NCBI GenBank assembly: GCA_964531975.1
Contig: CAZHFU010000001.1
Location: forward strand, 139,177-203,176
Reading direction: 5' to 3'
From: an uncultured Anaerolinea sp.
GTDB lineage: Bacteria > Chloroflexota > Anaerolineae > Anaerolineales > UBA4823
DNA length: 64,000 nucleotides
A program made the translations under genes and the position numbers. The notes below the pieces were generated by a model, which was not told where the DNA came from, searched no databases, and was given only the letters and a program-made list of their open reading frames with translations. Shown one piece after another: positions 58,215-64,000 of the stretch. The stretch's first letter is position 1; each line of letters begins with the position of its first letter.

Positions 58215-58290
58215 CCAGGAAAGGGTGTATAATCGGCATGTCCACGCTCTAGGACCATCTTTACAACATAAAAAGAACGGAGATTCTGTC

Positions 58291-58479
58291 ATGCCACAAT
58301 TAGGTGCAACGGAACTGATAATCATCTTAGTGATTGTGATCCTTGTTTTTGGCGTCGGTCGGATCGGTAAGATTGCCGGCGAAATGGGAAGCGGGATTAA
58401 AGCATTCAAAGACGGCCTGCAAGGCGATGATGATGATAAGGCCAAATCTGACGAAAAGAAGACGGAAAAGTTCGAATGA
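58291..58479 (+). CDS. tatA: Twin-arginine translocase subunit TatA/E
   Basis: Start chosen at ATG 58291 (GGAGA SD). 62 aa with TM helix LIIILVIVILVFG, an amphipathic helix and an acidic/basic tail. Confidence 0.85.
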   Translation: MPQLGATELIIILVIVILVFGVGRIGKIAGEMGSGIKAFKDGLQGDDDDKAKSDEKKTEKFE

Positions 58480-59561
58480 GGCGCTTCTTTTGTGCTCTGT
58501 TACTTTTAACGCTATTGCTAAACGGCCACAAGAGCATTGCAGCGGCACAAGAGCCAGTCGTTCATGCGGTCTTATTCTACGCCACCGATTGTCCCCACTG
58601 CCGCAAAGTGATGAAGGAAAGTTTGCCGCCTATTAAAAAGGAGTTTGGGGCCCAGCTCGACATTATCGGTATCGACGTGATGCACCCACTGGGACAAAGC
58701 ATCTATCAAGCCATGTTAGTGGCATACGAAGTTCCCACACCCCGCATCGGCGTACCGACGATGATTGTGGGAGATAAAATTTTAATCGGTGAACAAGATA
58801 TTCCTCTCATGCTGCCCGACATTGTGCGGGCTGGGATAAACGCCGGCGGGGTGGACTGGCCGGATCTCCCCGGCTTGGATGCTGTGGTGGGCGCCCAAGC
58901 TACCCTGCCTCCCGAAAACTCCGCCGAAACAAACCTCACTCCCCCGGCCGCATCGGATGGGTCGCCCGCCCCCGAGGGCGTTCCGACTGCCAACGCTTCG
59001 GTGATCCAGACAATCCAAAAAGACCCGCTCGCCAACAGCATCGCCATCCTGGTGCTGCTGCTGATGATTTTTTTGATTCTCTACGTGCTGGCGCGCTTCA
59101 TGGTAAACCGCACCGACCGCATTATGCACTGGCCCGCCTGGAGCATCCCGGTCATCTCTATATTCGGCTTAGGGGTGGCGGCTTATCTCTCTTTTGTTGA
59201 AGTTACCCAAACCGAAGCCATTTGCGGCCCGGTGGGAAATTGCAACACTGTCCAATCCTCCCCCTATGCCATCCTGTTTGGGGTGCTGCCCGTGGGCGTG
59301 TTAGGGATAATGGGCTACCTGGCAATCTTGGGCGGATGGCTGCTAAAACAATTTGGCCCACGCAGTACGCGCAACCTGGCAATTATCGCGCTGTGGGCGT
59401 TCGCCTGGATTGGCATCCTGTTTTCTATTTACCTGACGTTTTTGGAACCTTTTGTGATCGGAGCCACCTGCGCCTGGTGCATCACCTCAGCCATATTGAT
59501 GTCGATGATTTTCCTGGCAACCTCCGGCCCGGCGATCCAGGTATTTGATTACAACGAGTGA
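58476..59561 (+). CDS. DsbA/thioredoxin-like domain fused to a vitamin K epoxide reductase (VKOR) domain
   Basis: 361 aa. CPHC at nt 58590-58601. VKOR loop cysteines CGPVGNC and the TM CxxC (CAWC). ATGA overlap with tatA. Confidence 0.8.
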   Translation: MRRFFCALLLLTLLLNGHKSIAAAQEPVVHAVLFYATDCPHCRKVMKESLPPIKKEFGAQLDIIGIDVMHPLGQSIYQAMLVAYEVPTPRIGVPTMIVGDKILIGEQDIPLMLPDIVRAGINAGGVDWPDLPGLDAVVGAQATLPPENSAETNLTPPAASDGSPAPEGVPTANASVIQTIQKDPLANSIAILVLLLMIFLILYVLARFMVNRTDRIMHWPAWSIPVISIFGLGVAAYLSFVEVTQTEAICGPVGNCNTVQSSPYAILFGVLPVGVLGIMGYLAILGGWLLKQFGPRSTRNLAIIALWAFAWIGILFSIYLTFLEPFVIGATCAWCITSAILMSMIFLATSGPAIQVFDYNE

Positions 59562-59567
59562 GGCCGG

Positions 59568-60149
59568 CTAGGCCGAAACGGGTTTATCCACAATCACCCA
59601 GGCGTTGAAATTATCACGCTCAATGCGCGACGAGGCCGAAAAGAGTTGTTGAATTTGCGGCGGGGTTAAAAAGTGGCTGCGCATCAGAAGAAGTTTCTCG
59701 CCTAACGCTAACAACTTGACCGAAAAGCTCCGGTAGTCTGGTTCCTCGATCACAATGCGCCCTCCGGGGCGACACACCCGCCACAGTTCCTGCGCTGTGG
59801 CGGCTTGATTCGCAACGTGATGCAGCGCATCGACCATCAACACGTAATCGAAGGTGTTTTCGGCAAAAGGGAGCTGTTCGGAGAACGATCGCGCCGGCCA
59901 TATGCCCGGCTTATGGCGCGCTTGGGCTAACATAGACGCCGACTCATCGATCACCACGCTCCTTTCGAAGTAGGCCAACAGCCCCTGCGAGACCCGGCCT
60001 GTGCCGCCGCCGGCATCGAGCAGCAGTCCGGCGGGGCGGGAAGGCACGGATGTGAAGCCAAACCGCGCCGCCAACTGCGCCCCGTCGCGAGCGCTCATCA
60101 TGCGCTCGTAGAGAGGGGCAATCAATCCAAAATGGTCTAAAATTGGCAT
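59568..60149 (-). CDS. Class I SAM-dependent methyltransferase
   Basis: 193 aa. Motif I LLDAGGGTGR and a Methyltransf_11-like core. Confidence 0.8.
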   Translation of the reverse strand: MPILDHFGLIAPLYERMMSARDGAQLAARFGFTSVPSRPAGLLLDAGGGTGRVSQGLLAYFERSVVIDESASMLAQARHKPGIWPARSFSEQLPFAENTFDYVLMVDALHHVANQAATAQELWRVCRPGGRIVIEEPDYRSFSVKLLALGEKLLLMRSHFLTPPQIQQLFSASSRIERDNFNAWVIVDKPVSA

Positions 60150-60153
60150 GGAT

Positions 60154-60720
60154 CTATTTTCTCACCAGGGGTAAAAACAGCGCCCTGCTTAAATCAACTT
60201 GCCGGAAATTGATGACCACCAAATTGGCGGAACATAAGTTAGAGGTAAGGATCATTACCGGCTGCGATTGGGCTGCGCCACTTATATCTATAAGCTGCAC
60301 ACTTAATGTATTGGCAACCATCGGAGAATCCGAAAGGTATAGATCGAACCCCCCTTCGCCAAATTGCTGCGAACTTCCACTCACCGCGTAGCGTAAAATG
60401 CTTTGATTTCCAAATGCGCCGCTCAACTTAACCACAAGCCCGTTCACCGGCGCGCCATTTACATCAAACACCTGGCCGCCTACCCCTGTCCAGGCGCAGC
60501 CGGCTTCTGGTTGAACAAAATTACCTATATTTACCGGTGTTCCAGCTTGTGGAAAATAGAATAAATCGGCGGCCGCCCGAGCGCGGTCAGGAGCACACGT
60601 ACTTAACCCCCATAACAGCATTACCACCAGCCCCAGGCGCGCCAGGGCCTGTGCAGGCGCCGCCCCTCCCCCCCGTTCCGCAGACCCCTGGACGGCCAGG
60701 CGGCGATTTTTCGGGGACAC
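60154..60720 (-). CDS. Secreted hypothetical protein with a CarboxypepD_reg-like beta-sandwich segment
   Basis: 188 aa. Signal/lipobox-like LWGLSTC and GGQVFDVNGAPVNGLVVKLSG. 4-nt gaps to both neighbours. Confidence 0.5.
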   Translation of the reverse strand: MSPKNRRLAVQGSAERGGGAAPAQALARLGLVVMLLWGLSTCAPDRARAAADLFYFPQAGTPVNIGNFVQPEAGCAWTGVGGQVFDVNGAPVNGLVVKLSGAFGNQSILRYAVSGSSQQFGEGGFDLYLSDSPMVANTLSVQLIDISGAAQSQPVMILTSNLCSANLVVINFRQVDLSRALFLPLVRK

Positions 60721-60724
60721 TTAG

Positions 60725-60958
60725 CTAGTACTCCTCATCATCATCCAGCCAACCTTCATCGCTTTCCTCGTCAGCGTCCATCTCGTCCCATTCGTCTAAT
60801 TCTTCTTCTTCGTCTTCCCACTCCTCGGCGGCATCCGGCTCACCGGCATGTTTGAAAGTCATACAACCCTGGTCGGGGTCAATTTCCACTGCGGCGGCGC
60901 CACAGTAGCCATCATCAAGAAAAATACAATCTATGTAATGACAGCGGATACGGGGCAT
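60725..60958 (-). CDS. Small DUF1540-like Cys-motif protein with a poly-acidic tail
   Basis: 77 aa. Cys pattern C-x4-C-x8-C..C (IRCHYIDCIFLDDGYCGAAAVEIDPDQGCMTF), then a tail of about 40 aa dominated by D/E. Confidence 0.55.
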   Translation of the reverse strand: MPRIRCHYIDCIFLDDGYCGAAAVEIDPDQGCMTFKHAGEPDAAEEWEDEEEELDEWDEMDADEESDEGWLDDDEEY

Positions 60959-61047
60959 AAACTCCTCCAGTTAATGGTTTTTTTGATTCTTAGATCTTAT
61001 GACCGGGTAAAGCGATGTTGAGATTTCCCAAAAAAGAACCTGCATGG

Positions 61048-62307
61048 TTATGAAAATGAATCCAAAAGCCAAACGGTTGCTTCGGCCCCGGACGGCAAAG
61101 ATTTTACCTCAGAAGGCACAAAAAGCAAAGCGTTTGCCTGGACAAGAGAGCGCAAGTTGCCCGATCCTTGATGTCCGGTAAGATAGGCCACATAGCGACC
61201 CGCCTGTTGTTCCACCACCGCCCGCAGGTAACTTTCTCGCCCATCCGATTCAACCGGTTCGCCCAGCATCACTGTCACCGGCGGACGCAAGATGTGCGCA
61301 GCGCCTTGCATATACAAAAGCGCAGGCCGCACAAACACCTCAAAACCCACAAAGGCCGATACCGGGTTGCCGGGCAAACCCACAAACGGAGTGCCCCCAT
61401 ATTCCCCAAAGGCCACCGGCTTACCCGGGCGCATATTCACCCGCCAAAAGGACAGCCTGCCATGCGCTTCCACCACACTACGCACAAAATCGAATGCGCC
61501 CACGCTTACCCCCGCCGAGGATAAGATCATATCGGCCTGGGTTTGTAAAGCCTGGCGCAGAATTTGCTCAATCGCCTGGGCCGAATCTTCCGCCACGCCC
61601 AGGTTGATCGTCTCCGCTCCGGCAGCCTCAGCTAGAGCGGTGAGAGTATAGGTATTGGAGTCGTAAATTTTTCCGGCTGTTAAAACCGCCCCGGCCGGCA
61701 GCAGCTCGTCGCCCGATGAAAAGATCGCCAGGCGCGGCTTACGGCGCACATGCACCCGGTCGTAGCCAAGCGTAGCAAGAAAGCCCACATCTTGAGGGCG
61801 TAAGCGCAGCCCCGCCTCCAATGCCGCCTGACCCTTGCGCAGGTCTTGACCGGCAGGGCGCACATTGCTACCGGGCGCTTCTGGGTGAAAAATGCGCACC
61901 GAGCGAGAATCGCCCGGCGAACTATGACGAAAAGCCGCCCAACTTGTATTTTCCACCGGCGAAACGGCGTCGGCCCCCGGCGGTAAGGGCGCGCCGGTCA
62001 TGATGCGCATCGCCTGGCCGGGCTGCAAAGGCGTTTGCGCTGCGTCTCCAGCGCGAATATCGCCCACCACGGGCAAATCTACCCCGGCCTCGGCAGAGGC
62101 GGCGGCGATATCAGCGGAGCGCACCGCAAAACCATCCATCGAAGAGTTGGTGAAAGGAGGTTGGTCAAACGCGGCGACGACATCCTCCGCTAACACACGC
62201 CCCACGCTATCCACCAGAGCGGTTTGCTCAATCGGAAGAGGCGTAAACGCCGCCAAAAGCCGCTCTCTCGCCACACTTACCGGTAACAAACTGGTTTCTT
62301 GGCCCAT
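61048..62307 (-). CDS. moeA: Molybdopterin molybdenumtransferase
   Basis: 419 aa. MoeA domain order and blocks (SSMDGFAV, IFSSGDELL, SAGVSVGAFD, PGNPVSA). Confidence 0.9.
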   Translation of the reverse strand: MGQETSLLPVSVARERLLAAFTPLPIEQTALVDSVGRVLAEDVVAAFDQPPFTNSSMDGFAVRSADIAAASAEAGVDLPVVGDIRAGDAAQTPLQPGQAMRIMTGAPLPPGADAVSPVENTSWAAFRHSSPGDSRSVRIFHPEAPGSNVRPAGQDLRKGQAALEAGLRLRPQDVGFLATLGYDRVHVRRKPRLAIFSSGDELLPAGAVLTAGKIYDSNTYTLTALAEAAGAETINLGVAEDSAQAIEQILRQALQTQADMILSSAGVSVGAFDFVRSVVEAHGRLSFWRVNMRPGKPVAFGEYGGTPFVGLPGNPVSAFVGFEVFVRPALLYMQGAAHILRPPVTVMLGEPVESDGRESYLRAVVEQQAGRYVAYLTGHQGSGNLRSLVQANALLFVPSEVKSLPSGAEATVWLLDSFS

Positions 62308-62436
62308 TCGGGGCGCATTATACCATAACGATTTGCCGGAAAAACCCTGATCATACCCAATTAGGCCAAATTCCCCCGCAGCCAGGCCCCTAAAACAACT
62401 TACACCGGGCGTCCGACGCGCCGGCGAATTGCCTCC

Positions 62437-64000
62437 CTATCCGGGGCGCACCCGGCGCGCTTCCAACACATTCGGTAGATTTTCCAACCGGTCTAAAATA
62501 CGGCTGAGCTGCATGATATCGCGCACCTCCAGCACCAGATCAAACGTCGCCACATTACGATGCGTTTCCCCTTTCACCTTGGGCATATTAATACCTTCAG
62601 CGTCAATCATCGTCGAAACATCTTTCATTAAGCCGTCACGATCAAATGCCTTGATACGCACCGGAACCGGATAGGTGGTGTTCGCCTCGCCCCAACTAAC
62701 CTGAATTAGGCGCTCGCGGTCTTGCACCCGCAGCACATTGGGGCAATCTTGGCGATGGATGGTCGCACCGCGCCCTCGGGTAACATACCCCACGATTTCG
62801 TCGCCCGGGGCTGGGTTACAGCAGCGGGCATACATCGTCAGCAGCCCCTTCAGCCCCTTCACCGTCACAGCCTCGGTAGACGGCGCGGGAACAGGGTGCG
62901 AAAGGATGGGGACAGCCTCCTCCTCTTGCGGTGGGGTTTTTTCTTCGGCGAAGGTCAGATGGCGCACAATTCTGGCAATTGCCAGGTCGCCTATGCCTAT
63001 GCTCTCGTAAAGCTCATCAATCGACTTGATCTCAAATTCGCGCGCCAGGCGTTCCAGATTGATATCGGTCATGCCCAAGCGGCGCAGCTCTTTTTCCAGC
63101 AGCATTTTGCCGGTGTTAATATTCTTATCGCGCGCCTGGCGTTTAAACCAGGTGCGAATTTTACTGCGTGTGCGTTGAGAGTTTATCAGCCCCAGGTGCG
63201 GGTTTAACCAATCCAGGCTTGGCCCGCCGCGCTTAGCGGTAAGAATTTCCACCTTGTCACCAGTACGAAGATGGTAATCGAGCGATACCAGCTTGCCGTT
63301 GATTTTCGCCCCCCGGCAGCGATGCCCAATATCGGTATGCACCTGGTAAGCAAAATCAATTGGCGTGGAACCGGCTGCCAGGTCGATAATATCGCCGCGC
63401 GGGGTAAAGACGTATACCCGGTCTTGAAAGACCTCCGACTTCATATTATCCACGAACTCGCGGGCGTCTTCCACATCCTGGCGCCAGTCCATCAACGAGC
63501 GCAACCACATAATGCGTCGTTCATATTCATCGTCGCGCGCAACGCCTTCTTTATAGCGCCAATGGGCGGCAATGCCATATTCGGCGCTTTGATGCATTTC
63601 AGTGGTGCGAATTTGTATCTCTAGATTATTTCCATCTTCGTACAGCACCGCCGTATGCAGCGATTTGTAGAAGTTATCCTTGGGGGCGGCAATATAATCG
63701 TCAAACTCTCCGGGGATAGGCCGCCAATGGGTATGAATAATACCCAGGGCCATATAACAGGTGGGATTATCTTGCACGATGATACGCACCCCGCGCACAT
63801 CATGCACCATATCAAACGGAACACCCTTACGCACCATTTTCCTATAAATAGAGTATATGTGCTTGGGGCGAGCCGAGATCTCGGCCTGAATGTTGGCCTG
63901 GGCCAACGCTTTCGAAAGGCGCGCCCCAATTTCGTTCATTTCTTGTTCGCGCTCAGATCTTCGCTTTGCCAAATGGTCGGCAATCTCGCGATACTTTTCA
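62437..64000 (-). CDS. relA: Bifunctional (p)ppGpp synthetase/hydrolase RelA/SpoT, with the N-terminus outside the window
   Basis: Synthetase block (KHIYSIYRKM, YKSLHTAV), TGS domain (VYVFTPRGDIIDLAAGSTPIDFAY) and C-terminal ACT. The reading frame stays open to nt 64000, so the HD domain lies beyond the edge. Confidence 0.92.
   Translation of the reverse strand, partial: EKYREIADHLAKRRSEREQEMNEIGARLSKALAQANIQAEISARPKHIYSIYRKMVRKGVPFDMVHDVRGVRIIVQDNPTCYMALGIIHTHWRPIPGEFDDYIAAPKDNFYKSLHTAVLYEDGNNLEIQIRTTEMHQSAEYGIAAHWRYKEGVARDDEYERRIMWLRSLMDWRQDVEDAREFVDNMKSEVFQDRVYVFTPRGDIIDLAAGSTPIDFAYQVHTDIGHRCRGAKINGKLVSLDYHLRTGDKVEILTAKRGGPSLDWLNPHLGLINSQRTRSKIRTWFKRQARDKNINTGKMLLEKELRRLGMTDINLERLAREFEIKSIDELYESIGIGDLAIARIVRHLTFAEEKTPPQEEEAVPILSHPVPAPSTEAVTVKGLKGLLTMYARCCNPAPGDEIVGYVTRGRGATIHRQDCPNVLRVQDRERLIQVSWGEANTTYPVPVRIKAFDRDGLMKDVSTMIDAEGINMPKVKGETHRNVATFDLVLEVRDIMQLSRILDRLENLPNVLEARRVRPG

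Noticed and set aside
58476-58560. MRRFF at the N-terminus of the DsbA-like/VKOR fusion as a genuine Tat signal.
   Set aside because: The protein is polytopic, and its Cys-containing domain must fold and oxidise outside the cell. The motif lacks the usual S/T-R-R-x-F-L-K context. It is kept only as a remark in the finding.
1-64000. Search for tRNA, rRNA, RNase P, SRP or tmRNA signatures, CRISPR repeats, IS inverted repeats, and integrase or transposase genes.
   Set aside because: I could spot none by eye in the intergenic regions. All sizeable spacers are listed above. This is not exhaustive without Infernal, tRNAscan or an IS finder.

Overview
This is a densely coding, moderately GC-rich bacterial chromosomal segment with about 50 CDS. 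I found no rRNA, tRNA, CRISPR array or recognisable mobile element. The gene content (TrmFO, P/T-rich LysM wall proteins, giant GAF/PAS sensors) would fit a Chloroflexota/Anaerolineae-like genome, but that is only a guess. Region 1-25.5 kb holds housekeeping and envelope genes: scpA, cysS, rtcA, an aldo/keto reductase, a thiolase, two CooC-like ATPases, two ABC exporters and LysM/CAP proteins. Region 25.6-58.2 kb is an uninterrupted block of 18 minus-strand genes, many joined by ATGA start/stop overlaps and dominated by signal transduction. The most unusual part is 25.6-47.9 kb. It encodes four large membrane GAF/Cache/HAMP/PAS sensors with no recognisable output domain, each ending in the same truncated-GAF cap. 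With them are an orphan lipoprotein substrate-binding protein, an orphan ParA-like ATPase and a single soluble 2076-aa PAS/GAF histidine kinase. The block ends in a threonine-synthase-like PLP enzyme fused to a receiver domain, a stand-alone receiver and a second ThrC-like paralog. I read this as a candidate multi-input signalosome whose output is enzymatic rather than transcriptional. Region 58.2-64 kb holds tatA coupled to a DsbA-like/VKOR fusion, a small DUF1540-like operon, moeA and a relA/spoT gene cut by the window edge. Smaller items are a nuclease-like/unknown/methyltransferase/RtcA cassette, a tandem S51-like protein lacking the nucleophile serine, several candidate leaderless genes and two genes whose conserved N-termini lie upstream of any canonical start codon. 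All functional calls rest on motif recognition by eye. No database search was run.
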